Shown piece by piece: positions 1-9,557 of a stretch of DNA of 64,000 nt. The position numbers were made by a program, and so were the translations under genes. The notes under the pieces were generated by a model. The model made no database searches, had not been told where the DNA came from, and saw nothing but the letters and a program-made list of their open reading frames with translations. Position 1 is the stretch's first letter, and each line of letters starts with the position of its first letter. The stretch lies in sequence record MT612988.1. The stretch is one strand, 5' to 3'.

Positions 1-96
1 CGAAGCGGATTAGATTTTCACAAATGGTGTAAGGTTTTAGACTGCCGCGTACCACACAGGAGCCGATGAGACTTTCACCAATTTTTCACTAAAAAG

Positions 97-205
97 TTAT
101 CCACATTATCCACAGACTTATGCACAGCTAAATCATGTTTTTATACACAGATTTCAGACACTTATGCACAATCTCATACACATATTATCCACAGATTTAT
201 ACACA
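97..205 (+). repeat. Array of DnaA-box nonamers (TTATNCACA x7 plus one with a single mismatch)
   Basis: TTATCCACA at 97, 106, 185; TTATGCACA at 118, 162; TTATACACA at 141, 197; TCATACACA at 174. All on the same strand in non-coding DNA and matching the TTWTNCACA consensus. Confidence 0.9.
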
Positions 206-584
206 TGTGCATTTAAACGAGGCATGGTGCGATATATTAAAAACAATACTATCTGTACCATGATCTGAGACGCTGTGAGAGCGATTCTAAGCGTTTTTAG
301 TCATCGTTTGATATATCGCTCAGGCACCAACCGGCTATAGCTGCTAGAGCACATAGAACAAGCATGAGGTAGCCGATAGGTATATCGTTTAGTAGATTGA
401 TTAGTGTTTGCATTACGATAGTTTAAAGCTCAATGATAGAATATCAATTAGGTAATACTGAATGATACAGTTAAACGCAGTTGTTATTAGCAGAGCCACG
501 AATGGAACTGTTCGTTTTGATTTATCGGTTACAAACAGATATGTAGTGAGAATCAGAATTAAGATTGATAGTGCGAACATGAGT

Positions 585-800
585 TTATCCTATTGATAGA
601 TTAAAGCGTGCAGCGACATAGCTTGCTCGTTGGTTGTTGTCATTAGTAATACGAATCATAGGTGGTTTATTTGTATGTTCGTTTACGTTATACATGTGAA
701 CGACATATTCTTTGCCTAGAGTAATGCCGCTTGGTGGTTCTGGTTTATCGATACGAGTTGAAGTATTGTCTATGCATATTGCTTTGATAGTTTGATTCAT
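585..800 (-). CDS. Hypothetical protein (71 aa)
   Basis: ORF in the dominant minus-strand direction; no family recognised. Confidence 0.6.
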   Translation of the reverse strand: MNQTIKAICIDNTSTRIDKPEPPSGITLGKEYVVHMYNVNEHTNKPPMIRITNDNNQRASYVAARFNLSIG

Positions 801-957
801 ATTGCGCCTGCCGTTACGTGTAGTAGAACATACGAGACAAAGCCTAGAACAGCAGTGATTACTAGTTTCACGAATCTAGGTTTGTTAATGAAGCTGAAGA
901 TACTCATGCCAGTGAGTATTGCACAGCATAGAAGTGTCATTAGTAGTATTGTCAAGC

Positions 958-1131
958 TCATAGTGTTATTCCGTATTTGTGAATCACAATCATGTTAGCT
1001 AGATTGACTATACAGCAAATGGCATTGAATATCAAGACAAAGTTTCTGTATTCTTTAGACATGATTTGCTCGTGTGAGTCTATCATTAGCACGACGCTGA
1101 ATACTGCGATGATAATAGATAGTCCAATCAT
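958..1131 (-). CDS. Small hypothetical membrane protein
   Basis: Start moved to MIGLSII (AGGA SD upstream); two hydrophobic segments; first gene after the promoter at 1160-1200. Confidence 0.6.
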   Translation of the reverse strand: MIGLSIIIAVFSVVLMIDSHEQIMSKEYRNFVLIFNAICCIVNLANMIVIHKYGITL

Positions 1132-1159
1132 AGTGTTTTCCTTTCTTGATTTGATATGT

Positions 1160-1200
1160 GTATGATACGCGAAAGGGCTGACATCTGTCAACCCTTTTCT
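1160..1200 (-). promoter_or_regulatory. Early promoter with embedded stem-loop (PeSL-like terminator/promoter)
   Basis: Minus strand: AAAAGGG-TTGACA-GATGTCAGCCCTTT...TATCAT; the -35 hexamer lies in the hairpin stem. Confidence 0.75.
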
Positions 1201-1560
1201 TTAGTATAATTCATATGATCTGAGATTATTCATATCGAAGATATAGAAGTCTCTATTGCCACTACCGTCATCGGCAGTAGTCAACATGTATTTGTTATCA
1301 GTTGATAGCCACACGCTTGTGCCGTAAACTTCTACTGCATAGCAATCGCCTTCTTCTAATGCATTAGCGTCTTCAAAGCCGTATTGGAACTCACGTATTT
1401 GATTAATGACGGTATGCATATCTTTCACGTCGTCAGTTACTAGATCGCATGTGAATAGCACATCGGTGCAGTCTACTAGTCCGTGCCATAGATGGTCGAG
1501 ACCAAACTTCGCTGCGATGGCTTCTTCAGTTTCTTTCATTGTTTTAAGTAGTTCTTTCAT
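1201..1560 (-). CDS. Hypothetical protein (119 aa)
   Basis: Packed minus-strand ORF with GAGAG SD. Confidence 0.7.
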   Translation of the reverse strand: MKELLKTMKETEEAIAAKFGLDHLWHGLVDCTDVLFTCDLVTDDVKDMHTVINQIREFQYGFEDANALEEGDCYAVEVYGTSVWLSTDNKYMLTTADDGSGNRDFYIFDMNNLRSYELY

Positions 1561-1562
1561 GA

Positions 1563-1733
1563 TTAAGCTCTCTTGACGTGAATTTCGCAGCGGCTAACTG
1601 TCTTTTGTACAGTATGGAATCGTGCTTTGATTGATTGTAGGTAATCGATGACTAATGCTTTATCGCGTGCTGAGTCTACTGTAATTACGTTTTCGTTTAC
1701 TTTGATGTGTTGTAAGTATTCTGGTAATTTCAT
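1563..1733 (-). CDS. Hypothetical protein (56 aa, not in ORF track)
   Basis: Hand translation MKLPEYLQHIK...HVKRA*; fills the gap between neighbours. Confidence 0.6.
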   Translation of the reverse strand: MKLPEYLQHIKVNENVITVDSARDKALVIDYLQSIKARFHTVQKTVSRCEIHVKRA

Positions 1734-1735
1734 TG

Positions 1736-1948
1736 TCAAGCCTTATAGTAGTTTTCTACTAGTTGCAGAGTGATTTTACATTCTATGTATTCAGTGCCGT
1801 TTTGAGTTTCTTCAGCGATAGTGACATAGAATATTTGTTTGTCTTCATCGTACTCGATGTCATCAATGAATTCATATGATTTGAGTTGGCATAACTCAGT
1901 GACTATGTTCATGATGCGACGATGTTCGATGATAATGTCATGTATCAT
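1736..1948 (-). CDS. Hypothetical protein
   Basis: Overlaps the upstream ORF by 4 bp (ATGA coupling). Confidence 0.65.
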   Translation of the reverse strand: MIHDIIIEHRRIMNIVTELCQLKSYEFIDDIEYDEDKQIFYVTIAEETQNGTEYIECKITLQLVENYYKA

Positions 1949-2163
1949 TTGTTATTATGCATCCATTTTTCGAGCGCGACTGTAGTTACAATGACTTCTT
2001 GTACTGTTTCACCATCGAAGTATTGCACTTCCCATAGTTGTTCGTCATCATCGAAGTAATCTGCATATTCGATATGACCTTTGCCGTTGAACTCATCGTC
2101 AAGCATGGCAATAAGTGCATCTTGAATTTCAGCGTGTTGTGACATTACATTTGATACGTTCAT
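1945..2163 (-). CDS. Hypothetical acidic protein
   Basis: Coupled ORF. Confidence 0.65.
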   Translation of the reverse strand: MNVSNVMSQHAEIQDALIAMLDDEFNGKGHIEYADYFDDDEQLWEVQYFDGETVQEVIVTTVALEKWMHNNK

Positions 2164-2357
2164 AGTTTCTTTTCCAATGGTTGTAGTTCGATTACGCGAA
2201 AGCCTTGTTTGTCGAAATCATATTTGTACAGCACACGATTTGCATCTTCGATTTCAGAAAAGATTGCCATGACTTTTATATCATTGTCAATGTCTAGCAC
2301 AAGTAGATATCTGCCTTCTCGGTCAATGATGCCGTAATTTCTCATTTGCGTCTCCAT
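2160..2357 (-). CDS. Hypothetical protein
   Basis: Coupled ORF. Confidence 0.6.
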   Translation of the reverse strand: METQMRNYGIIDREGRYLLVLDIDNDIKVMAIFSEIEDANRVLYKYDFDKQGFRVIELQPLEKKL

Positions 2358-2968
2358 TCATCACGAACAGTATTGGTTAGTTGTAGATAGAAAGTATCAA
2401 GACCTTCGAAGGATCTAGCATACGTTGGTGAGTCATCGATCATGATATTGATTTGATTCTCACGGCAGTATTCAGCTTTCTTGTTGTTCCAGATTTCGTC
2501 ATCGACCCATGGGCGACCTTTCTCGTCGTACAAGATTTCAACGCCGTCGTCTTCACATGATTGATGAATGCTAAACCAGTGGTCATACTCTAAGTCATCT
2601 GGTACATCAGTATCGAGTTCTTCTTTAATGCCAGTGATGATATGCACTTCAACTGGTAGTTTGCTTAACAGCGCGAAGAACTCTGGTGATTGATCAATTA
2701 CGCCATGAATATCGATGCCGACTTTGATAACGCCAGTTTCGATAGCGTTCATGCCACGAGTATCAGACAACTCAACAATCTTATTTGTGATTCGCTCATC
2801 GAGGTCTTGAACTTCAACCATGATGGTAGTGATGTAGGCATCATTGCCACCATCGAGTGCATAGTCTTGACAGCGCATGAGATACTTTCTAGCGTTGCGC
2901 AATTGTTCAATCGTCGTGCATGATTCAACGACTTTTTGCATTTTTCTTACTAAATCGTATGGGTTCAT
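2342..2968 (-). CDS. HAD-superfamily hydrolase-like protein with N-terminal helical extension
   Basis: GIDIHGVID (HAD motif I-like) and IMIDDS (motif IV). Confidence 0.55.
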   Translation of the reverse strand: MNPYDLVRKMQKVVESCTTIEQLRNARKYLMRCQDYALDGGNDAYITTIMVEVQDLDERITNKIVELSDTRGMNAIETGVIKVGIDIHGVIDQSPEFFALLSKLPVEVHIITGIKEELDTDVPDDLEYDHWFSIHQSCEDDGVEILYDEKGRPWVDDEIWNNKKAEYCRENQINIMIDDSPTYARSFEGLDTFYLQLTNTVRDEWRRK

Positions 2969-2969
2969 G

Positions 2970-3320
2970 TTAGCCTCTAAGTTTCTCGTTTAGCTTTTTG
3001 ATTGTATGATCAACGTCATTGATTTGATGAGTAATGGTTGTCATTTGCTCGACCAATGCTTGTCGAAACATATTCAACGACTCGATGTTTGTTTGGTATT
3101 GTTTCTGCCAATGTTCGATGAGTTCAGGGATTTCTTCTTCAGTTACATCAATTTCATTGTACAGATGTTTGAAATTTAAAATCAATGCGTGGCACAATGG
3201 TGCACGGCTCGGATCTCTAGCCATGACGAACTGTTCTGAATCGAATGGGCTTTGCACAAACACATCGTGTTTTTCAATTGCTAGATCTTCTATTGATGTG
3301 TTGATTCGGTATGCTTTCAT
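2970..3320 (-). CDS. Hypothetical protein with C-terminal coiled coil
   Basis: Coupled ORF. Confidence 0.65.
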   Translation of the reverse strand: MKAYRINTSIEDLAIEKHDVFVQSPFDSEQFVMARDPSRAPLCHALILNFKHLYNEIDVTEEEIPELIEHWQKQYQTNIESLNMFRQALVEQMTTITHQINDVDHTIKKLNEKLRG

Positions 3321-3592
3321 ACGAAGTTCTCTAGTGAATTGCCGTTTGGTAGTCGTTGATATAGCTTACGACCAGTTTCAGTTTGACCGATTGCTTTCCA
3401 ATTACTAGACTCATCAAGCGCACGAGCGATTTCACGACGTAATGTGCTGTTCTTCATTGTGCCGTCATTGCGTTGATTACACGCACGAGCAGCAGGGAAC
3501 TTTTCAAGCATATCGTCCATTAAATCGTATGCAGTTGCGTAACGACTTGTATTGTTTTTAACTTCATTTCGAATGAGTAGTTTAATATTCAT
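3317..3592 (-). CDS. Hypothetical protein
   Basis: GAGG SD; follows a hairpin at about 3607-3623. Confidence 0.65.
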   Translation of the reverse strand: MNIKLLIRNEVKNNTSRYATAYDLMDDMLEKFPAARACNQRNDGTMKNSTLRREIARALDESSNWKAIGQTETGRKLYQRLPNGNSLENFV

Positions 3593-3628
3593 GTTAATTT
3601 CCTCAAAGGGGCATTACTGCCCCGTTAG

Positions 3629-4654
3629 TTAGATGCCAGTGAAGTACTGAATAATTTGAAGATGATCGTCATACAAACGTTCTTGCATGTCCATTACTTC
3701 ACTCAGTGAGTACCATTTCGCTGATACAGCATCATCGGCTGGCTTCACTTTCGGGAAAGTGTTGTCAGGGTTTGGCTGCACTTTGAAGTGATATGCCATT
3801 GTGATACGAGTGTGTGGGTAAGAGCGATTGGGGTTATCGAACATCTTCTCACCTTTGAGAGAGCCACGCAAGACTTTCTCTGGGACTTTGATGTTAGTTT
3901 CTTCTTGTAGTTCACGAATCGCAGCAGTTAAGAATGTTTCTTTCTCATGCTTATGACCGCCAGGTAATGCTAAACAGCCTTTGCCTGGGTTGAACTTACG
4001 CTCGACAAGAAGAACATGACCTGCACACATCACAACGCTGTCAGCACACGCGATATTCAAGTGACCTTTATAAGGATAGTCTAAGAACTTCCCGATTTCT
4101 TCAACTGATTTGTCGTATTCAGCTTTCATTTCAGCGAAATTCTCTGTTTTGCTCCAACGATCAAGAAACATCATTGTTTGCTTAGGAATCAGCCCAGACA
4201 TCACAGGATGATTCAACAGAACCTCGCTGAAATATAGTTCTCTGAAGTCAGTAGCAGAGATAACTTTGTTATACATTGTTACTGGTTCAGGTTGAAACAA
4301 CTTCAGTTCTGGGAATAGCTTGAGATAGTAGCTGCTTTCGTCTTTGTCGTAACCAACGATGTGAGTTGCGCCTTTTGCATGAAAGCGAACGTTTGACTGC
4401 CAAACATCGTCTTTTGCGTAATCACCAAGTGGTACAAAGCGAACTTTGCCTCGAATATCGTCAGGTAGAGCAATACCCATCATATCACGTACTTCTTCGA
4501 ACGTGAAGGGGTTTTTAACTGAGCGATGTCGATTAGAGCTACCGATTAAGATAGTCATCTTGTCTAGATTAAGCGATTCGAACGCTTGGGTGATTGCAGA
4601 TAGATGACCGTTGTGGAATGGACGAAAGCGTCCGATAAAGATTGCGTGTGACAT
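3629..4654 (-). CDS. natV: Bifunctional NMN adenylyltransferase / Nudix ADP-ribose pyrophosphatase
   Basis: N-terminal GRFRPFHNGH (HxGH); C-terminal Nudix box GGHKHEKETFLTAAIRELQEETN; NadM-Nudix architecture as in KVP40 NatV. Confidence 0.9.
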   Translation of the reverse strand: MSHAIFIGRFRPFHNGHLSAITQAFESLNLDKMTILIGSSNRHRSVKNPFTFEEVRDMMGIALPDDIRGKVRFVPLGDYAKDDVWQSNVRFHAKGATHIVGYDKDESSYYLKLFPELKLFQPEPVTMYNKVISATDFRELYFSEVLLNHPVMSGLIPKQTMMFLDRWSKTENFAEMKAEYDKSVEEIGKFLDYPYKGHLNIACADSVVMCAGHVLLVERKFNPGKGCLALPGGHKHEKETFLTAAIRELQEETNIKVPEKVLRGSLKGEKMFDNPNRSYPHTRITMAYHFKVQPNPDNTFPKVKPADDAVSAKWYSLSEVMDMQERLYDDHLQIIQYFTGI

Positions 4655-4723
4655 ATTGGGCTCCCCATTTTGTCATTGATTGAGATTAGATTATTACATC
4701 TATTATTGTTTGTGTCAAATACT

Positions 4724-5239
4724 TTAAAACTCTTGACCTGCATCAGAACAAATTGCGTTATTAAGTATTGCAGCAGCTTTTGCGACTACTCGATCCGTCA
4801 TACCGATCTCAGGGTCGCAGTTTACATAGTTATGACGTTGCCATAACAACATATCAGTGTCATCATCTAAGATGACATAGCTTCGAAAGTCGTATCGCTT
4901 ACCAAGCAACTCTTCATTGTCTTGAATCCATTTAAGAATCTCATTACCACGAAAAGCCCATGAGTATTGATGGTCGAGCATATCTGTCTTGCCGATACAT
5001 TCACCATTAACACCCATATCATTAAGCACTGTATTGATCTCATCGATACTAAGACCACAACGCCACACACTTGTAAGCACAATGCGTGCGTCAGTTCTTT
5101 TAATGAGATCATTTAAACGGTCGACGCATCGAGGCGAATAAATCCCTTGATACTCGCCATTCAATAGCACGTCCATGTGCTCATCGACTTCTAAAGCGTT
5201 GTTTAGAACGCCGTCTATGTCCAAGAATATAACTTTCAT
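4724..5239 (-). CDS. HAD phosphatase (Swiss-army-knife RNA repair-like HAD family)
   Basis: Start moved to MKVIFLDIDGVLN; also IVLTSVWR, RGNEILKW, YVILDD. Confidence 0.75.
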   Translation of the reverse strand: MKVIFLDIDGVLNNALEVDEHMDVLLNGEYQGIYSPRCVDRLNDLIKRTDARIVLTSVWRCGLSIDEINTVLNDMGVNGECIGKTDMLDHQYSWAFRGNEILKWIQDNEELLGKRYDFRSYVILDDDTDMLLWQRHNYVNCDPEIGMTDRVVAKAAAILNNAICSDAGQEF

Positions 5240-5243
5240 TTTG

Positions 5244-5705
5244 TTACCACTTGCATAATTCACCGAGTGCGTCATATGCATCATTCATGCCGTGTAGACT
5301 AAAATGATACGAGTATGACACACCGTGCCCGTTGTTTACAACATATTCGAGCATATTTCCTGTTTTGAGCGTATCGATAACATCATCACTATTACCAAGA
5401 TAAGTCGTGACAGATGATTGTTGTTGTAACTGATTACTCTCGACTCGCACGTATGGGTTCCCATCTAGTGAATACCAGATTTCGTCCGGTTTTGCAGCGG
5501 TCAGGTATGCTCTCGTTTCATACAACGTGATTGCTTTATCACAGTCAATTGTGAGCACAGCAAGACGATTGACTGAGTTCGTGCTTGCAGTGTGTATTGG
5601 CTCATGTGTGCGAACATCAACACGATGAACAGTCATCCAATCATCGTGTACGTGTGCGTTCGCAATCAATGGCATTATTGCCAAGCTTAACAATGCGAAC
5701 TTCAT
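5244..5705 (-). CDS. Exported hypothetical protein
   Basis: Signal-peptide-like N-terminus MKFALLSLAIMPLIANA. Confidence 0.65.
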   Translation of the reverse strand: MKFALLSLAIMPLIANAHVHDDWMTVHRVDVRTHEPIHTASTNSVNRLAVLTIDCDKAITLYETRAYLTAAKPDEIWYSLDGNPYVRVESNQLQQQSSVTTYLGNSDDVIDTLKTGNMLEYVVNNGHGVSYSYHFSLHGMNDAYDALGELCKW

Positions 5706-5756
5706 ATTGTGCTTCCTTGTGCTTGTTGCACACGTGCAAATATGGCGCTGTTAGTT

Positions 5757-6518
5757 TTACACTGTATGCATACCACTGCGTCGCAATGAAGACAGTTCAT
5801 GGGAGCGCAGTGAGCCACTTTTCTTGAGCTTTGTCTCTTTAGGTTGAACGATTTTCTTTGCTTCTTCAGTGATGATTTCGACTAATTCAATATCGGTATA
5901 ATGAGTATCGAGTAGTCGACCTTCTTTACTCACGGGTTGAATACCAACCGAGATTGTCCCGTTTGCTTGATTGAAAATGGCAGTGACTAAGCCAGTTGCG
6001 CCAGTTGCCATGCATCGAGCTTTTTGCAGCAATTCCACTTTAAGCTCATCACGCTCACGCTTTTGACGATTGTTGATGATCTTATCGTGAATCGAGTGAC
6101 CTGTTTGCTTACAGCTAATGACCCGCGCAGATGCATAAATATTCGTTTCATGCTCTGCGTATGGCTTAATCAAAAGCACATTAGGTGCTGCGTTCACTGA
6201 GTATTGAATTTCAGTTACGATACCTTTCGCTTCTGAAACTGTGTCTTCAACTTCATCACCAAGACGAATTGGCATTGTAGTATTTGTCTCTGCGAAGATA
6301 GCTTCATACTCTTCAACTCGATTAGAATTGACGATTTCGACTAATTTCGAGCTAAAAACATGAGTTTTCACTTCATTTTTAGCGTCCTTTGCTCGAACTT
6401 CAAGCAATTCACACCCTGCGATGCACTGTGTGATACCGATTACCGTACCTTCGATGCCAGTTGTGATTGATTTAACAAGCATGCCGAAGCGATGCCCAGA
6501 TGTAGTTGCAATACTCAT
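5757..6518 (-). CDS. Hypothetical protein with three repeated SH3-like beta-barrel units
   Basis: Three similar segments: FGMLVKSITTGIEGTVIG, LGDEVEDTVSEAKGIVTE, LLQKARCMATGATGLVTA. Confidence 0.6.
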   Translation of the reverse strand: MSIATTSGHRFGMLVKSITTGIEGTVIGITQCIAGCELLEVRAKDAKNEVKTHVFSSKLVEIVNSNRVEEYEAIFAETNTTMPIRLGDEVEDTVSEAKGIVTEIQYSVNAAPNVLLIKPYAEHETNIYASARVISCKQTGHSIHDKIINNRQKRERDELKVELLQKARCMATGATGLVTAIFNQANGTISVGIQPVSKEGRLLDTHYTDIELVEIITEEAKKIVQPKETKLKKSGSLRSHELSSLRRSGMHTV

Positions 6519-6582
6519 AATATATCACTCTTATTTATTGGAATTTAACACATTATTCACATGATTTCATATGAATTTGCTA

Positions 6583-6762
6583 TTAATCTCGCTTTTGTTT
6601 CAAATTGTAGATTGTTTTACCGTCTACGTTTGCTAATGCTTCTGCATATGCCGTACGAGCCACAGACTTACAATCGTTGAACATTCTACCAGACGGCGTG
6701 CATAACCATGCACGCGCTTTGTCTAAGTATTCTTGAACTTCTTCAGCAGTTGCTAAGATCAT
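6583..6762 (-). CDS. Hypothetical protein (59 aa, not in ORF track)
   Basis: Hand translation MILATAEEVQEYLDK...KQKRD*; ATGA overlap with the upstream gene. Confidence 0.55.
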   Translation of the reverse strand: MILATAEEVQEYLDKARAWLCTPSGRMFNDCKSVARTAYAEALANVDGKTIYNLKQKRD

Positions 6763-7082
6763 AGAGCCAATTCCTCTAGTTCTTCAGCAGAACCTGCGCC
6801 AACGTCCATGACTTTCTCTAATGCAATCCAACGAGTGCCATTGTAGTATTGACAGTTATTGTTCCACATGTTGTGACGCCACAAATCCCATGGTACAGAT
6901 TGATCGATTACAGCAGTCCATGTACACGATGCAATTGCAGGTACACGAGTATAACTGACATAACCAAGTGCTAATACAGCTACAAGAACAGCAGCAGTGA
7001 TACGAGGGTGTGATTTAGCTTCTTGAGCGAGAATCACAGTGTTGTCAAGCCAGTTAGGCATTTTCGGCATTTTGAATTTCAT
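6759..7082 (-). CDS. Membrane-anchored hypothetical protein
   Basis: One TM segment; first gene after a TTGACA-17-TAATAT promoter at about 7120-7148. Confidence 0.65.
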   Translation of the reverse strand: MKFKMPKMPNWLDNTVILAQEAKSHPRITAAVLVAVLALGYVSYTRVPAIASCTWTAVIDQSVPWDLWRHNMWNNNCQYYNGTRWIALEKVMDVGAGSAEELEELAL

Positions 7083-7160
7083 GATTTTGTTCTCTTGTTT
7101 CGTTAGGCGTTGAGTGACATATTACTGCCACTCACACGTTTTGTCAACTACTTTTTGAAA

Positions 7161-8426
7161 TTAATTGTACAATGCCCAATCTGTTGGTCGAGTTAGTGCA
7201 ACATAAGCAAGTTGCTGAACAATCTCTGGCTCGGCGTATCCCATGTCTTGAGTGTAGATACACACACCTTTAACAGTCGTACCTTGTGACTTGTGAGTTG
7301 TTGATGCACCAAGAGACTTAGTTTCAATCATCTGCTCTTTCAAGCCCCAGAAAGCACGCCAGTAGCGTTTAGTATTACCACGCATCGACTTGTAAGTACC
7401 AGCAGCAACCATCAAGTAACGCGCAAAGCGTTCTTTCTGTAGGTCATCCCACAGAACAGTGAACTCATACACATTACCATCGTCTTTCTCAACAGTTAGC
7501 ACAGCAACATCAAACGATTCGTTGTCTACTTTTGGTAACATACCATCGATTGTTTTCTGACGAACATCAAGAATCTTAACGATTTCACCATTGTCAATGA
7601 CACAAACAGGGTACTTCCCGTTTGACTGCATAACTGGCATTTGTGTTACAAGATACTCATTCGGGATAAATGGTTCGCTCGTGTTGTAAATGTGCTCACG
7701 AATAATACCATTGAACGTATCAACACAATCGTTTGTGTAAGCAAGAATACGATAGTCAAGCAAGTCTTCAGGTGTGTTGATTTTACTCAAGTAAGTGTCT
7801 AGCATTTTATTCACGTTCGGAACGTGCAAAACGCCTTGACGCAGCTCTTTTGACCAGTTAGTGCGTAGCCATTCACCTTGACGTACTTCAGTTGCGACTT
7901 GAATCAACGGGTTGTCTTTTGCTTGTCGTACAACTTCAGTCATTTCATAAGTGTTGAACTTAGTGAACATCGGTGAGATAATACCAGGCTCATGTTTCAC
8001 TGGTTGAAGCTGATACTTATCACCAACACCTAGAATGCGACACTTGCGTGGCATTGTTTTACCCATGATGTCGTATAGCTCATTGTCGATCATACTTGCT
8101 TCTTCGACCACAAGCACATCAATTTCGTCTAGACCTTCAACATCACCAGCTTGCTTGAAGTGCTTCTGATCTTCATACGTGTCTGGGTGAATTTTCAGTA
8201 GACTGTGAATCGTTGATACATCACGACCTGTCATTTTGTGTAGCACGTTCTTTGCTTGGTGAGTTGGTGCTACCATTGCTACGTTCTTGCCTTTTGCGTC
8301 AAGTGCCGCGAGTATAGACTTCATTAAGAATGTCTTACCAGAACCCGCGGGACCAGAAATAGTCATATGCCCATCAGAGTCGAGAAACGCATTCATTGCA
8401 CCTTGTTGGCAATTAGTTAAACCCAC
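7161..8426 (-). CDS. dda: Dda-like SF1B DNA helicase
   Basis: Walker A GPAGSGKT, VEEASM, GDKYQL, TTHKSQG, YVALTR; probable GTG start at 8426 behind GAGGA. Confidence 0.9.
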   Translation of the reverse strand: MGLTNCQQGAMNAFLDSDGHMTISGPAGSGKTFLMKSILAALDAKGKNVAMVAPTHQAKNVLHKMTGRDVSTIHSLLKIHPDTYEDQKHFKQAGDVEGLDEIDVLVVEEASMIDNELYDIMGKTMPRKCRILGVGDKYQLQPVKHEPGIISPMFTKFNTYEMTEVVRQAKDNPLIQVATEVRQGEWLRTNWSKELRQGVLHVPNVNKMLDTYLSKINTPEDLLDYRILAYTNDCVDTFNGIIREHIYNTSEPFIPNEYLVTQMPVMQSNGKYPVCVIDNGEIVKILDVRQKTIDGMLPKVDNESFDVAVLTVEKDDGNVYEFTVLWDDLQKERFARYLMVAAGTYKSMRGNTKRYWRAFWGLKEQMIETKSLGASTTHKSQGTTVKGVCIYTQDMGYAEPEIVQQLAYVALTRPTDWALYN

Positions 8427-8436
8427 TATCTTTTCC

Positions 8437-8811
8437 TCATCTATATTTCCAATTGATCGTATGCACTTTGATTGAACGCTCTCGACAAATGTCAATCATG
8501 TTCTGAGTGCCGCGACCGCCTTTGAATGCCAAACATATGTCTGGCTTGAGATCAGCCATGTCGGAGTTGCGTTTAAAACCCGCAGAATCGCCATATTTGT
8601 CCCACTCAGCTTCGCACGTGATTAAATCAACATCGATGTGCGCTTGATTCGCCCAATCTTGCGCAAGTCGATCAGCACCAAGTGCGCCGCCTTCTATAAT
8701 AGTCATTCGCCCTATATAGAAGCTATTGTATAGCTTATCTAACGCAGCATAAACAAGTTTTCTATCTCTGAACTTACGACCACCACAGACGAGTACTCTC
8801 GGTGACATCAT
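8437..8811 (-). CDS. SLOG-family (DUF2493/YspA-like) protein
   Basis: VLVCGGRKF, IEGGALGAD, RNSDM, AFKGGRGT motifs. Confidence 0.75.
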   Translation of the reverse strand: MMSPRVLVCGGRKFRDRKLVYAALDKLYNSFYIGRMTIIEGGALGADRLAQDWANQAHIDVDLITCEAEWDKYGDSAGFKRNSDMADLKPDICLAFKGGRGTQNMIDICRERSIKVHTINWKYR

Positions 8812-9263
8812 TGGTCAATTAACCAACCATATAGACAGAACTCAAGTAATTGATGAGGCATGAGCGATGTGCTATCACCAAAATGTCCGTCGAAATGAAA
8901 CTCAAGTTCTTTACCAGTCTCTTGGTTGAATATGTTTGTTGTGGTATCATGAACCCCACCGCAGCATTCACAATGCCAGTGATGTTCTTCTTGAGTCACA
9001 TCGACGTGAGGGAATAGGTCTGTGATTAACTCGAACTCGTCTGGTTCTAGTTCGCGTGTTTTAAGCAGTGTTTCGATTATATTACGAGCGTCGTTTTTTT
9101 CGCGTACGACAGTGCAGCCAATTGAAGGGATTTCAACCATAGCTGTCTTGTACATTTCACAGTTGTAGTTTTGATCGATGTATGATTCCCATGTTGCAGA
9201 TAGCAAAAGGTCATCATTGAACATGAATTGAAGGGAGTTTTGGTCTTGAATTAGTGTAATCAT
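8808..9263 (-). CDS. Hypothetical protein
   Basis: HWHCECCGG motif; GAGAG SD. Confidence 0.65.
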   Translation of the reverse strand: MITLIQDQNSLQFMFNDDLLLSATWESYIDQNYNCEMYKTAMVEIPSIGCTVVREKNDARNIIETLLKTRELEPDEFELITDLFPHVDVTQEEHHWHCECCGGVHDTTTNIFNQETGKELEFHFDGHFGDSTSLMPHQLLEFCLYGWLIDQ

Positions 9264-9277
9264 ATATTTCTCTCAAT

Positions 9278-9300
9278 AAAAAAGCGCCCGTAGGCGCTTT
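9278..9300 (-). terminator. Intrinsic terminator
   Basis: AGCGCC-TACG-GGCGCT followed by T-run on the minus strand; the same hairpin occurs at 26218-26233. Confidence 0.75.
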
Positions 9301-9305
9301 GTGTT

Positions 9306-9557
9306 TTACGGTAAACGTAAGTCTTTTGCAGTGATGTAGATGTCTGTGTCAGGGTCGTAGTACATACCCTCACGTGCATCGTAGTAATAAACTTTACCAT
9401 TCAGGTCAGTATATGGACCCTCTAGACCTGAATTAGACAAGTCTGGGTAACGGCTATCATCTACTTTACGATGTTTGACAACACGCTCGTGAAACTCTTG
9501 TTCAGTTTCTTGCAGTTTGACTTCACCTTTTTTGAAAAAATCGTTAAAACCTTTCAT
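9306..9557 (-). CDS. Small late protein with capsid-targeting-like N-terminus (83 aa)
   Basis: Start moved to MKGFNDFFKKGEVKLQE (GAGGT SD); TATAAATA late promoter at 9583-9590; C-terminal YYYD/YYDP repeat. Confidence 0.7.
   Translation of the reverse strand: MKGFNDFFKKGEVKLQETEQEFHERVVKHRKVDDSRYPDLSNSGLEGPYTDLNGKVYYYDAREGMYYDPDTDIYITAKDLRLP

Noticed and set aside
97-205. Possibility that the nonamer array is a CRISPR or mini-array
   Set aside because: Repeats are only 9 bp with 0-14 bp gaps, far shorter than CRISPR repeats and spacers, and no cas genes are present.
6532-6537. TAAATA upstream of ORF 5757-6518
   Set aside because: Too close to the start codon to leave room for an SD, and the hexamer is common in AT-rich DNA.
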